Assembly (NCBI GenBank): GCA_965153355.1
Contig: OZ231126.1
Span: 21,452,001-21,516,000, forward strand
DNA: 64,000 bases
Origin: Flaccisagitta enflata
Lineage: Eukaryota
Direction: 5' to 3'
Position 1 is the stretch's first letter; each line of letters starts with the position of its first letter. Of this stretch, positions 27,894 to 42,688 are shown piece by piece. The position numbers and the translations under genes were made by a program. The notes below the pieces were generated by a model. It worked only from the letters and a program-made list of their open reading frames with translations. It searched no databases and was not told where the DNA came from.

Positions 27894-28132
27894 TTTTTAG
27901 ATGCGTCATCGCATCTCTATAATAAGCTGCGTCCATCGGTTGGTCGGTTGGTTGGTTGGTAACGCATTCATCAAAAACATCAAAATCATGCATTTTTTTC
28001 AACAAAAAAGTAGTTCTAACATTCATAAAAAAACATTCAATCATGAAAACATTCATTCGTAAAAACATTTATTCATAAAAAACATTCATTCAAAGTCGAA
28101 GAGGACGCATCGTTGGCCTACTTGGCCTTGTT
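27894..28132 (+). mobile_element. HINE family D
   Basis: TTTTT-AGATGCGtcatCGCATCT-CTATA ... GACGCATCGTTGGCCTACTTGGCCTTGTT. Confidence 0.8.
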
Positions 28133-28217
28133 TTGCTACTCCTCTCCTGCCCACCTGTCCGCTACTAAGGTGTTTATGCAGACCTTTTTTAGAGCGAGCC
28201 CGCAAGCCCGTGGCTCT

Positions 28218-28558
28218 CTTTTTAGGCAGTGGCCCCAAAGGGGACGAATTCCTGTAGAACACAGGGGCACTTTTGCTTGTCCGTCCGTCCGGCTGTCCGT
28301 TCATACATTAGTCCTCCCAGGCCCTCACGGACCTGAAATTTGCCCTCTCAGGCCTGAAATCTGTTCTCAGGCCTGAAATCTGAGAGGGCGGGGGGGGGAG
28401 TAACAAAGGGACGGATGGACGGACGGATGGATGGACGGATGAACAAGCGAAAGTCACCCTTTGTCCTACAGGACTTTGTCCCCGTCGGGGCCACTGCCCT
28501 GCTTCCTCTTGTTCCGCTTCACAACCATGCAAAGCATATTGCCCTTGGGTGACCTGTT
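28218..28558 (+). mobile_element. HINE-like family B variant
   Basis: TTTTTAGGCAGTGGCCCC ... GGGGCCACTGCC subTIR pair, ending GACCTGTT. Related fragments lie at 10430-10875, 20725-20985 and 29950-30304. Confidence 0.7.
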
Positions 28559-28969
28559 CACTGTCGGGCTCTCACTTCTTGCTGGCTCTGAGCCCGGCGG
28601 GCTCTCTCTGATATGCTGAGACATGTAAGCGCAGGGGTGTATATAAATGAGTCGCTTTTGCTTTTTCCCCCCTGCCTTTGATTTTCTTACCCGCAACGCG
28701 TTTTAAAATCTATGATTTTCTTCCCCATAAGGCAGTGAAACAGTGTAGTTAAGGTTTAAACAGTGTTAAATTGTGTTTTACTAATCAGTATTTATAATTT
28801 GGTATTGCCAAACGTTATGTTTTCCCCAAATTTCTTATATTTCATTTTTCACCCTTTGATTTTCTTCCCCATCTCCAAACCCTTTGATTTTTCTAGAATT
28901 GGGTAATTTCACACACTTTTTAACTCTATCAATATGCATGGATAGACTGACGGACGGGTGAAGAGGTAA

Positions 28970-29000
<31 letters not shown>

Positions 29001-29066
29001 GGAAAAAGACAGAAAGAAAGGAAAAAAGAAAGGAAAAAAGACAGGGAGAAAAAGAGAAAGAAAGCG

Positions 29067-29137
<71 letters not shown>

Positions 29138-30335
29138 AAAGTACAATAAAAGAGAAAGGTTAAGTAGGCCAACAAGGTGCGCCGTGTGAATTGTCAAACC
29201 TTTTCGTTAACAACCAACAGACCAACCAACCAAATGACTGACCTGATAATGAAAGTAAGAAGTTAAAATGGCTTTCCTGTGAAAAAAGGAACTTTCACTT
29301 TGCCAAGCCGCAACACGCCGAACTGACAAGCTTGATCCTAGTGGAATTTTGCCTAGTGGAATTTTGCCGACGTGTTCACTCCCAAATACAAAACACAAAG
29401 AAGCAGACATTTAAAAAGTACCAAAACCGTCTATTTGATCATAAACCCTATTTGGAGGAATTCAGTAAGGTGGCGAAAAAAAGTAGAGAAATGAAAGCAC
29501 TTCTCGTGCGTTGGCGGGGAAGCGACCTATGCGAATCGAAGCAAAAGACGATGATCTTCATTGGAAATACGACACGATCGATACGTCTGAAGAAGTATGG
29601 GAGGTAGAGCAGAAACATGTAGTTTGGTAACACTAATAGTTGCGTAGGGCCTTGGGGCATGTGTCAAACGTCATATGGTTGGTATCGGTTAAAAGTATAG
29701 GTCATCCCCTTTCTAACTAATATGCGTATCAGGACTTTCTCTTGACGTGAAAGATGAGATAATTTTTTGAAATTTTTTTCTTGGGTCAGCCATGTAGTCA
29801 CATTTTAAAATACCATCGCGAAACGTCTGATGCTGATTGTGTTTGCTCCGCTCTGTTTGAAAGAGGAATCAGAGGCGAACCAGAAAAACATATTCTATAG
29901 CTTGAGTAGGGTCGCTGCCTTAGGTAATTTTATGGTCGAAAAAAAGCCCAGTGTGGGCTGGGTTTAGGGCCCAAGAGGCTGGATTTGAGGCCAAGAGGCT
30001 GGATTTGAGGCCTGAGAGGTGGGATTTGAGGCCTGAGAAGCTGGATTTGAGGCCTGAAAGGCCAGATTTGAGGCCTGAGAGGCCAGATTTGAGGCCTGAG
30101 AGGCTGGATTTGAGGCCTGAGAGGCTGGATTTGAGGCCTGAGAAGCTGGATTCGAGGCCTGAGAGGCTGGATTCGAGGCCTGAGAGGCTGGATTCGAGGC
30201 CTGAGAAGCTTTGGGGGGGGGGGGACATACGGACGGACGTACGGACGGACATGAAATTCTGTGTCCTACAGGACATCGGCCCTTTGGGGCCGCTGCCCAA
30301 AAAAGTGCCCAATCGATAAGAGGAAAGTGAAAGAA

Positions 30336-30397
<62 letters not shown>

Positions 30398-30436
30398 TGC
30401 AGCCTAGGGCCCCTCCCATTCAAGGGACTATAACTA

Positions 30437-30596
30437 ACAAGGCCGGATACACGGCCATCAGTTGCGGACGGGTGGACAGGGGCAGAAATGCGCGTTTTCC
30501 CTCTTTTCGACTTGATGGTTATGGACCGACCGATGGACCAACTGACGGACGGACAAAGCCTCATATAGAGTTGCGTGTCTGCAACTAAAAAAAAAT
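30437..30596 (-). mobile_element. HINE with a family C head/subTIR and a family A-type 3' hairpin
   Basis: AACAAGGCCGGATACACGGCCATCAGTTGCGGAC ... AGTTGCGTGTCTGCAACTAAAA. Confidence 0.8.
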
Positions 30597-31355
30597 TCTT
30601 TTTTATCATCCTGTCATCTCTTTTTTTCTTATTTTCTTCCTTCCTTATTTTCTTTTTTTTTTTCTATCTTTCATTTTTTCATTTTTTCATTTTTTTTTTT
30701 GTTTTTGTTTTTTCTTTTTTTCTTTTCTTTCTTTCTCTCTTTCTTTCTTTCTATCTTTCTTTTGTTCACTCCTTCTTTCTTTTCCTCTTTCTATCTATCT
30801 TTCTTTCTTTTTTTTCGTTCCCTTCTGTTCCTTCCACAATTTTCCAACAAGCTTTGAATGCATTTCCTAGGAGCGGCGCTCCTCGCTCCTTCAAAATATG
30901 ACGCCTGCTGTTTATCTTCATCAAAGCAATAAATCAAAATGCATTGAGAGTCCATTGTCCAATTGATTGAATGTCTTTCTCTATGTCCCTGTTTCTCTGT
31001 CTCTGTCTCTGTCTCTCTCTGTCTCTATCTTGCTCTCTCGCTCTCTTCCTCCCTTCCTTTCTTCCTCCTCTCTCCCCCCCTCTCGTTTTTTAGCGATTCA
31101 GCCGATTCAGATAGCAAAATTTTCAAAATGAGACCAATTTCTGTAGATAAGATTTGAAAAATTGATGCTACAGAATCAATGGTAGGGCGAAAATTATTTT
31201 TTCGCCATGTGGCCGATCTGTCATGGCAAATTTTTCGCCTTTTGGCATTTTCGCTTTCAGAAGATACACCCGCTCGAACCATCGCGCTTTTGTTCTCGCT
31301 TTTGTTCCGCATGCTCTCATTTTGAGCGGCGCAAATACACACCATGAATATCTTC

Positions 31356-31699
<344 letters not shown>

Positions 31700-31970
31700 T
31701 TGCGTGCGTGTGTTTGCACTGTCAATTGCACAACCGCATAGGTCTTCTTCCCTTAATGTACCAAGAAAGAAAAGAAAGTATTGTGACTAATTTTGTCTCA
31801 TATATCCGACGATACCTTCACGAAACTTCATCGCATGCAAATGGCGTCGTTAACACACAAGAGTCTTGCATAAAAACAATCACTAATTCTTTGTTTTTTG
31901 ACTCTTGGTAATCTTCTGAAGCGACTTTTTAAATCTTGATCGACGATTTCAATTCGTTAATTGCATCATT

Positions 31971-32058
<88 letters not shown>

Positions 32059-32084
32059 GTGGTCATGGGAGAAGAAAAGAAGAG

Positions 32085-32131
<47 letters not shown>

Positions 32132-32132
32132 A

Positions 32133-32180
<48 letters not shown>

Positions 32181-32260
32181 AGAAGAAAGAAAGAAAGAAG
32201 AAAGAAAGAAAGAAAGAAATAAGGAAAAAAGAAAAAAAGAAAAAAAGAAAGAAAGGAAAA

Positions 32261-32372
<112 letters not shown>

Positions 32373-32586
32373 GGGAAAAAGTGAGAGAAGAAGACGAAAA
32401 TTCGACGAGAGGGAAGGATAGAAAAAGCGTTTTTGACTTTTAGACACTAATGACGGTCTAAAGCCTTTTCTACCAACTCACGTCGCTGTGAATAAAACGA
32501 AGGAAATTCAAAATCTTTATTCAATTCCACCCCTCTTTTCTCTTTTATTCTCTCTCAGCCTCTCTTTTTGTCTCTCTTTTCTTCTG

Positions 32587-32702
<116 letters not shown>

Positions 32703-32998
32703 GCACACACACACAACCACACACACAGAGCTTTTTTTGCCGTTCTTTTTCTCTCTGTGTACGCCTCACACGCTCTCTATCGCCTCGGCTTGAAACGAAA
32801 TTTTCACAAAAAAAGAAGGGAAAAAAAGAAAAAGAAAAACTCATTCACATGCAAATGAATTTTCTGCTTTGCACATTGTTTGCATTCTTGGCATTGTTAG
32901 CGTCACTCAAAACTCTCTCGGATTTTGACGGATGAGACAAACAAATGGAGGAAAAGATGCAGAAGGGGATTTGGTTCGGGATGGTGAAAGCCAGGTTC

Positions 32999-33099
32999 GA
33001 TGGATGGATGGATGGATGGATGGATGGATGGATGGATGGATGGATGGATGGATGGATGGATGGATGGATGGATGGATGGATGGATGGATGGATGGATGG
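32999..33099. repeat. (GATG)n microsatellite
   Basis: Read directly. Confidence 0.97.
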
Positions 33100-34203
33100 A
33101 AGAAAGATGGCAAAGTTTAACAGGATGGAGGTTGAATAGTAAACGGTATCCGATGATGGAGATGGAATTTTGGTGAGGGAGCCAGGATGATTCAAAAAAA
33201 TACAAAACAAACCAAAATACGGAGGTTTCCGTCTTCCTAAGAACTCTTACAAAAAACTCAAACAAAACAAGTGGTGCAGGTACAAGAGGCCCTCCCCCAT
33301 TTATTTAAGTCGGGGTATAATAAGGAGTACGGTTCCACTTGTCATACCGTCGTGACGGGATATATTCTTCTGTGTGTATGTTGACAATAGCGCGGAGATG
33401 AGGCCACATTTTCCATAGAGGACCGAGCAAGGAAAGATAGCTATTAAACTCATGAGCAGTATGCAGCTTTCACGGTTTGTAATTCACGGTGATGTAATTT
33501 GAGTAAAACAACCGCAGTTGATTGTGTAGTATCGGTTGTTTGATAACACTCAAGAGTCTTCTACAGAGGCAACGATTTGCACCAAATGATAGGATGGGCA
33601 TAATGGTAAGAGGTAAAGGTAAAGGTACCTGCTGTAAGATCAATAATGGCACGATGTGGAGAGAAGGAAGGGATGTTAGAGCGGTAACCGTGGAGTCGGT
33701 TGCTATGTCGGTAGAACTAGCTAAAAAAAATTTCGACATGAGTTTGAGCCTGAGCCTATAGCGGCATGTTTTTGGGCGCGAGGCTGGGCTTTAAGCGGCA
33801 TGAGTTTGGGCGTGAGGTTGAGCGGCATGCGCGAAGGGATTTGGAACGAAAAATACCGACAGATATGGAAGAAAAGAGCCAAAAAGGAGGAACCAACCAA
33901 GAATAATGAATCGTAAACGTACAAAAATGAAGAGGAAAAAAAGAAGAAGAACCTTTAATTTCCCGAGATAAGCAAACATTCCGGATGCAGCTTGGCTCAG
34001 AGGGAAAGAATAATATATTGGAGAAAAAAAGATGGTGGGAGATGGAAATAGAGAATCCAGTTGAAGTAAAATGAGAGAGTTTTTGTTCGAGAGGCTTCAT
34101 GATGATTACTACAAAACGTTGTAAGTTCAAAGCCTTTGCTTTGTACCTAAAATATGTCCACCTCCTCCTCTAGTAGGGGATCTTTCATTTTAGATTACAT
34201 GTA

Positions 34204-34375
34204 CAGTTGAGCTTCACTAGAGCGCATTTCAAGGGATCGAGTAGAATTACGTCTTACAGTGAACTACAAAATGATGTCTTACAGTGAACTTAAAAATCTC
34301 TCATGGGACTGTAAGTAGTATGCCTCATTGGCGGGCTTGCCTTTTTAGCTGGTGCGCTCTAGCGGTGCTCCACTG
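34204..34375. mobile_element. pogo/Tigger-like MITE (related family)
   Basis: TA|CAGTTGAGCTTCACTAGAGCGCA ... TGCGCTCTAGCGGTGCTCCACTG|TA. Confidence 0.75.
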
Positions 34376-35139
34376 TACATGTAACAGCTGATGAGCTGAT
34401 CCGGCCCGACCATCTCCATTTCCTCATGTAAAACCTCGACAGGACAGGAATTAGAGTCAGGCGCTTGGGTGGGTAAGGGCAGTATCAGGAAGTCTAACCA
34501 AACATTTGGGCAGGAGCCGTGAAACAAATACTGTCCATAAGGGCCAAATTCGGTGAAATTTACGGACTTAAGGAGGGGTGGACCAACGGGCTGATTGGGT
34601 GAGACAGACAGAAAGACTAAGCGGGTGCTTGCTTCAAGAAAATACGGAAAAAAGATAGACAAACATAAATGGTTGAAGACCGGAGTAAGCAAGAAAGATC
34701 AAAAAAGACAGAAAAAAAGAAACGAGAAAGATGAAAGAGACGAAGAGAAAATATCCGTCAAGGAACGGAATATAAAGGCGGAAATTATATAAAGCCGCCG
34801 ATGACGTTTGAACCTCGCGATGCCGTTTACTTGCCAAACGCACTGCCGAAACCAAGAAAAAGAAAAGAAAAAGAAAGGAAAAGAAACAGAAATAGAAAAG
34901 ATAAAAAAAGAAAAAAGAAAAAAGAAAAAGAGAAAGGAAAAAAGGCGTCGTGTTTAACCAAGAACGACGATGGAGGAGGAACTGAACAAACCATTCTATA
35001 TTTGGGGGTTGGGTGATAAAAGATGGCCTTAATAAGACGGAGAAGATAGGGGAAGTTGGGGGTTGGGAGTTAAAAGCTACTTTATCGTGTTGGATGTCAG
35101 TTAAAAGTGGAAAAAAGTAAAAATGGCACCTTGTTCAAC

Positions 35140-35770
35140 TGAAACAGAGAAGGATAATCGACAAAAGATTAACCAGATAGAAAAGATGGTGAGTCAAAAT
35201 GGCATTATTAGCGGGTAATTTAGGTATGAGATTTGGAGCTGGGAGGAATCAACCACATTACAGGTATGGGTGGCGCTGTGGGTGCGTGATAAGGATGTGG
35301 AGCAGGTGATGACTGAGTCAAGATCGCCACAGTAAATGGTAAGTGGGTAAGTTGATTTATGGTAGGGAGGAATAGATGGATGGGATGTGGTGAGTGAGGC
35401 CACATTACATTGCCAAAAAAGTAGCTCATGGAAACTGATGATTTCCTTAATTTAAATCACAACGCTTAGAAAAGTACGATAACGCAAAAAGAACATTTCT
35501 TCGTTTAACGCTGTCACGTTGAAATAAAGCATATGATATATAGGCATATGATACATGGAATCGACAGTGTCAGTTTATCAGAGTTTGTACTTTGAAGAAA
35601 CGGGTAATCTAAACACAGCTCTCCATAAAAACCTCAAGAGGTTCGGTAAGTTTTGAGTGAGGGAAGTGAGATTCTGGAAGATATTGAGGTAGGAAGTTGT
35701 TGGTTTGACAGATGGAGGTCGACTTTGACTGATATGGAGATGTCACTGCCAAAGTGCCAAAGAGTGAGAC
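35140..35770 (-). pseudogene. Highly decayed non-LTR retrotransposon AP-endonuclease relic (tentative)
   Basis: Frameshifted motifs appear in APE order: LTLWH.., YLPESHF (cf. CLQETH), NVMWPH..INQL, IYCGDLDS (cf. GDFN), VDSSQLQISYLN, HFDSP..SFVDY. Confidence 0.4.
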
Positions 35771-36446
35771 TTGGAAGAGGAAAAGGAAAAATAGATGCAG
35801 AGTTATACAATGGGATTCCCGACATTCCCGTTCCTGAATTGCGAGAGGTTTTTGTATTACTGCCCCTGCCCAACTGTCCGGCGTAGGCACCTGTGATGCC
35901 GTGTATCAGGCCTTGTTGATTGATTGTTATCGATCTCTCTCATCATCAGCTTATCCATGGGAAACACCGATGATAGGCAGATATCGTATCAACAGTTAGG
36001 CGAGGCGAGGTGATGTCGCCACCTAATCCATCAGATTCATATCTGTCATTGCAGTTGATAGCAATCGCATCGCCAATCGCAATTGCGTGATCTCGTGTTG
36101 TCGTCATCGACCCAATCCAATAGTAAACATTTTTAAGTGCCGTAACACGGTTTCGCCAAACTGGCAGTGGGCTAAGGTGGAGAACGACACAAGTAGTCCT
36201 AGAGACATCGGCGGTACCCACTGTGATAGGTACAGTGATAGGTGCACTCGATAAAGCAAGCCTTCCGACAAACAGGCACTGTGTTACAGATACAATATTT
36301 GGTGGTAGCTGACCAGTTCATCTTTAACGCCGTCTGTAATTCTACAGCGGCTGTTGCTGCAGTCGTGCCGCGTGCCCAATATGGGTACATGAGTCTCCAG
36401 CCATCGTTACGGCAAACATTGTCGGCCGCGCGGTAACCGACTACAG

Positions 36447-36580
<134 letters not shown>

Positions 36581-36829
36581 GTGGCAATAGGGGGAGTAAA
36601 TGCTAACCAAGTTGCCACGGTTATGAATGGCAATGTAACTTGTTTCTATGGTGGCGGCTTGCAACATCATCGATGGATATGAACAAACAACGTCAGAGAG
36701 TTAAGAAAAGTACCACAAGCGTACTGACAAAATGTATGGAATTGACAAAAAAAGAAGCAAAAAGAAAAAAGTAAAAACCAAAAAGCAGAAAACAAATAAC
36801 AAATACAAAAAATAAGAATAAAAAAAACT

Positions 36830-37330
36830 CAAAAAACAAAAAACAAAAAACAAAAAACAAAAAACAAAAAAAAAAAACAAAAAACAAAAAAACAAAAACA
36901 AAAAACAAAAAACAAAAACAAAAAACAAAACAAAAAAAAAAAAAAACAAAAACAAAAACAAAAAACAAAAAACAAAAAACAAAAAACAAAAAAACAAAAA
37001 CAAAAAACAAAAAACAAAAAAAAACAAAAAACAAAAACAAAAAACAAAAAACAAAAAACAAAAAAAAAAAAAACAAAAAAAAAAAAAAACAAAAAACAAA
37101 AAACAAAAAACAAAAAACAAAACAAACAAAAACAAAACAGACAAAATTCAAAACTCAAAAACCAAAACCAAAAACCAAAAACCAAAGACCCATAACCCAA
37201 AACCCAGAACCAAAAACCAAAAACCAAAAACCCAAAACCCAAAACCCAAAACCCAAAACCCAAAACTCAAAACCAAAAACCAAAAACCAAAAACCAAAAA
37301 CCAAAAACCAAAAACCAAAAACCAAAAACC
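36830..37330. repeat. A-rich simple repeat grading from (AAAAAAC)n to (AAAAACC/AAAACCC)n
   Basis: Read directly. Confidence 0.9.
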
Positions 37331-37377
37331 AGTAGTATTTTTTCAAAAATACTTGGATGAAATTAAGATCATAAAAT

Positions 37378-37745
37378 AACAAGGCCAACACCTATAAGTC
37401 GCGTGCGACATTTTCTGACTTTGAATGACTTAGAAACACTTAGAATGCCTAAGAATGACTTTGAATGACTTAGAATGATTTAAAATGACCTAAAATGACC
37501 AAAAAGGACTTAAAATGATGAAATGACCTGATGACCAAAAATGACTTAGAATGACTTAAAATGACCTAAAATGACTTAAAATGACTTAGAATGACTAAGA
37601 ATGACTTAGAATGTCTTAGAATTACTTAGAATGACTAAAAATGACTTAAAGAAATAAAATAGATAAAAAAAGTAAAGTGTGACCAACCGACCGACCAACC
37701 GACGGACAAAGCGGGTTGTAGAGTCGCGTGCACGCGACTAAAAAA
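37378..37745 (-). mobile_element. HINE family A, decamer-array subfamily
   Basis: Same termini as 16858-17444; 10-mer array at ~37415-37650. Confidence 0.85.
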
Positions 37746-37902
37746 TCTTTGTCCTTGGAACAAGCATCATTTTTGAAAGAGCATTGCTTCTAAAACTAAT
37801 AAAGCCTCAGACCCCAGATTGATCTTATTTGAGAGCGTGCCAACAACCCTTTGAGTGAGACTAATCTGGGATTTGCAGCCTAATTGGTCCTCTAAGTACT
37901 GA

Positions 37903-38006
37903 TATTGTTGAATCCCGCAATAACGGATGTCAATAGATCAAAAGAATCTATCTGTTATAGGCGGATTACCATTACTCTTGGATCCGGTATAGCGGGATGT
38001 AACTGT
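37903..38006. mobile_element. Degenerate, internally deleted copy of the pogo-like MITE
   Basis: GTTGAATCCCGCAATAACGGA ... TCCGGTATAGCGGGATGTAACTG resembles 42512-42688. Confidence 0.55.
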
Positions 38007-38270
38007 GCTATAAAATAGCAAATTAATCTTTTGAAATTAGAATACTCCACTAATGATGATATATTTTTTTCGCAAGATGATATTTTGGAAATGAGATGAA
38101 AAATTTACTTCAAATGAGGTAAGATGACTTTGTCATCGTCACGTGATGGTGACTTTTGTTAAAAACGGATTCCGGAGAAACCAGAAAAACAAGCAGTTCT
38201 TGTCAAAAAGCAGACTGTGTGAAAATCAAATGAATTCCAAACAAAATAAAAAGCAGAAAAAGGAACAAAG

Positions 38271-38305
<35 letters not shown>

Positions 38306-38719
38306 GTTTTGCAGAGTCAAATGTCTGGTTTGACTTTTCAGTGTGTGACTTTAAGAATCTGGCGGAACAACGAAAAGAAGACAAAAATGGTTGATGAGAG
38401 ATAAAAGAAAGAAAGGAATAATGAATGAATGAAAAAAGAAGAAGTAAAGAAATAGACGCTTAAGCGTCAGGATGGTCGATGAATACCATTGCTACATTGT
38501 ATTTCCTGTTAGTTGTTATCGATCTGAATGAGCTAATTTTAAGCCTGAGAGGGCTGATATCAGGTCTCCAAGAGCATGATTGGGGCCCGGGACCACGAGG
38601 GGGATGCACGTACGTACGAACAAACGTCTGTAATAGCTGTGTATGCTGTATATGCTCACCATGCTGTATATGCTGACCCTGAAGTGTTTTTTTCTTTTCT
38701 TCTCTTTTTCCATTCATTC

Positions 38720-38728
38720 TTCCTTCCT

Positions 38729-38792
<64 letters not shown>

Positions 38793-38840
38793 TTCTTTCT
38801 TTTCCCTTTCTTTCTTTCTTTCTTTTTCTTTCTTTCTTTT

Positions 38841-38906
<66 letters not shown>

Positions 38907-38934
38907 TTTCTTTCTTTCTTTCTTTCTTTCTTTT

Positions 38935-38998
<64 letters not shown>

Positions 38999-39121
38999 TT
39001 TTCTTTCTTTCTTTTTTTTCTTTCTATCTTTTTTTCTTTTTTTCTTTCTTTTCTCTTTCTTTGTTTCTTTGTTTCTTTGTTTCTTTCTTTATTTCTTTCA
39101 AACTTTCTTTCTTTCTTTCAT

Positions 39122-39205
<84 letters not shown>

Positions 39206-39207
39206 TC
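38720..39207. repeat. (TTTC)n microsatellite
   Basis: Read directly; (AAAG)n tracts also at 32085-32372 and 28970-29140. Confidence 0.95.
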
Positions 39208-39801
39208 AGACTTATGGAAATTTACTCCTGCGTTCTCTAGGATCTCGACCCTCTCGTGCCATTGCCCCAAAAAGAGGAAAAAGAGGAAGGAAAGGAATCG
39301 TGACAGGATGGAAGACAATTGTGTGACTTTTGTGCCGGGTCTTGCGTGACGATGTTCGACTGAAATTGCGACAATAACGGGGGAAAATAACACATAAAAG
39401 GCCGCCGAGCAGAAATAGACAGATACGAAGACGGACAAGGAAAAAAACCTGGACAAACAGAATCTGTATGGCAGATAAACATTTTCGCAGCTGAATGGCA
39501 GTCGGAAACTGGGACAGGAATGATGAGAAACGGAAAAAAAAACAACCGAGGAACATGAAGGCAACATCGGATACTGAAATAGAAGATTTAAGAAATATAT
39601 TTCTGGTTTGGGGAGTGTGTTCGAAGGGGGTTCATTTTTAATGTCAGCGAATTTCCGCTCTTTGCTCGAATCTCTAAGTACTACTTTATGTACTAACCTG
39701 TATTGGTATACATATATACTTCCCCTGAAACCTACAGAGTATACACCATGGTATATTCGTCCCATGTCGCAGGCGGTAAAACCAACCCAGTCGGTTTTTA
39801 G

Positions 39802-40037
39802 TTTTTAGTTGCGGACACGCAACTCTATAAGAGGTTTTGTCCGTCCGTCCGTCCGTTGGTCCGTCCGTCCGTCAGCACGAGTCGAAACGTGGGAAAACGT
39901 CGGAAAACGAGCGTTTTAGAAGCTTTTGCGTATGTGTCTGTGTTGGAAGGGGGGTTTGGTGGGAGTTGGGTGCGGATGGGAGTTGGCTGCCCCTGCCCAC
40001 CCGTCCGCAACGATATTGTGACTCCGTGTCACTTGTT
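39802..40037 (+). mobile_element. HINE family C (complete)
   Basis: TTTTT-AGTTGCGgacaCGCAACT-CTATAAGAGG, (GTCC)n, 3' GTCCGCAAC and the hairpin GTGACtccgtGTCAC-TTGTT. Confidence 0.85.
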
Positions 40038-41427
40038 GGGAAAGTAGAGCCTTTTCTCTAATGCATACACTACTTAACTTCGCAGTTTAAGCGTAGCTGG
40101 AAAAAATTGTAATCAGAAAAAGAAGGTTTAGGCTCAATTAGTGAATATGGATACAAGATACATGTATGTAAATGTATATGGATACATGTATATGCAAGAA
40201 ATCGATCTACGAACCAACACGTAACTTATGTAGAGTTGCCTGCGCTATCAGAAGCCAGGAAGTGGAAGAAAATGGAAAGGAGAAGAATATCGGGTTTGCA
40301 GAGAAGAAAGAGAGGAGAAGTTACGGTTGGCGAAGTGAATCCTCGTGACTGACAGAAACGGGTTAACCGAGTTCCGAAGTCACGAGTTAACGTCAAGAAT
40401 AGAAATGAAGAATCAATCCCCACAAGAAAAGAATCCAACGCCAATTCAAACAAACAAACCCGGATGTAGTTTGGGCGTCATCGAAACTCCCGTATAAGCC
40501 TTGAAACTAAGTTAAAAGTGCCCGCGTGTAAGCGTGCGTCCATAAAACACCTTGGTGATGTGTAAGCCTTGAAAATGTCCAGAAGTTGATTGTACAATAT
40601 TGAAACTCCCGGACATGTGTATTTAGTAAGTGTAAGCCTAAAAAATTCCTCGTTAGGTGTAAGTGGGCTTCATAGAAACCACCCGGATATGTTTAAAACT
40701 TAAAAATTTTCGAGTGTGTCTTCAACGCACCCGGAACCCACTGGAACGCTGGACTATGCACGTAACTTAAGATTTGAAAATTTTGCACCGCTGAAACCTC
40801 TGTCTCTGCATAATTGTAACATCTTTACGTAATTGCGAATAACTGGGGTCCCTTCGTTGTATGCAAACCTCTATACAAACTGAACCAAATTGAACTGAAC
40901 TGAACCATAGGATCTGCCATCACTTCCCACTACGATCATATCTGAATTTTTTTCTGATATCAGTGCAGTGGTCCAGGAAAATCACGAATAAAATTCCGAA
41001 ATAAGAGCCGGATCTGTGCAACACTAATCTAAGCGGTAGTACGGTAATGAAAGTCGTGAATAACTTGTAACCACCCCAATGGCGTTGGGTCATTAGTGAT
41101 AAACGAGAGACCCGGATTTGCGACGCAATTAAGTTCCTAATCCTCATGTCGTCTAATTTAGACAGTCGATATTAGACGAAGTTGTTTTTTTCATACTTTA
41201 AAAAAAAAAAAGTCGAGATTACACGGTGCGCCCATTAAGTTATCGTTTATGAATTTATCATAAGTCGACGGAAGTGCAGAGAAGAAATATGCAACGTAGC
41301 AATCTAAACAAGACAATAAATACTATGTCAAGAAATCCAAGTCTTTCCCATCAATTCTAGATGAGTTGGTAATTCATTTTAAAGGGCAGTTGTAACCATG
41401 TCCATAAATGTCCGACGATTTACTTAT

Positions 41428-41666
<239 letters not shown>

Positions 41667-41777
41667 GTTCCCCCATTTCTTCGATTGTTTGGTCGATTTT
41701 GACAATTACATCATTTTTAGCGTCAGTCAAGAAGATCAGAGGGAAAATGCCGCCGATAAACAGAGGCTGTGAGAGAA

Positions 41778-41856
<79 letters not shown>

Positions 41857-42511
41857 AACTGACAGACGGACAAACTGACAGACGGAAAGATTTGCAAAGG
41901 GCGAAGAAAACGCATATACTGATCCAACCCGCAAAGAATTTGCAAGGCTGAATTGATTTCGTCTTAGTAATGACTTTCAAAAAGAGTCAACAAATTAACA
42001 CGTACCCCGGGGGTACAACGATGCGTCCACATGCTGCCTAGCTTGTTAAGAATGATGCATTACTGCATCAATCATGTGGAATGATGCAATGACTTAACAT
42101 TTTGCGTGATTTCCTTAAGCTTTCACCGTATATGACTCGTGCTCACCAACAGACAGAAGGACCAACGGACCAACGGACCAACGGACCAACGGACCAATGG
42201 ACCAATGGACCAACGAGCGGACAAAGCCTCTTATAGAGATGCGTGGATGCATCTAAGAATGATATCGAAATTCTCCATAAAAGCATTTAATCGTGCGCTA
42301 GTGCAGTGGACAGGAGCAGTGATGCAAAAGCATGCAGATTATCCAGTAGCGAGTAGCCCCGCAACTCGACAAATTAGGGGGCGTCTCGGCAGCTTCCGGA
42401 AATGAAAGAAAAAGAGTGCACAAATTAGCTATGTACTAAATTCGTAAGACACATTATGACAAAAGAGTAATTTGCATATTGTAGTTCTATTGATTCTTCT
42501 TGTTTCTAGTA

Positions 42512-42688
42512 CAGATGAACCCCGCTTTAACGGACCCGCCACCAACAGAATTCCGCCTATAACAGACACAAATTCATGGACCCTTCAAGATAATTTCTTT
42601 TATTTCCTTTGTTGGCAATAACAAAAGTCCGCCTATAACAGAAGAAAACTATTGGTCCCCTTAAATCCGTTAGAGCGGGATTCAACTG
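42512..42688. mobile_element. Intact pogo/Tigger-like MITE
   Basis: TA|CAGATGAACCCCGCT ... AGCGGGATTCAACTG|TA, with internal CCGCCTATAAC repeats. Confidence 0.85.

Noticed and set aside
29448-29660. RRIDRVVFP peptide as a Cys-loop receptor M4 exon
   Set aside because: The match is short, and there are no supporting exons or conserved downstream residues.
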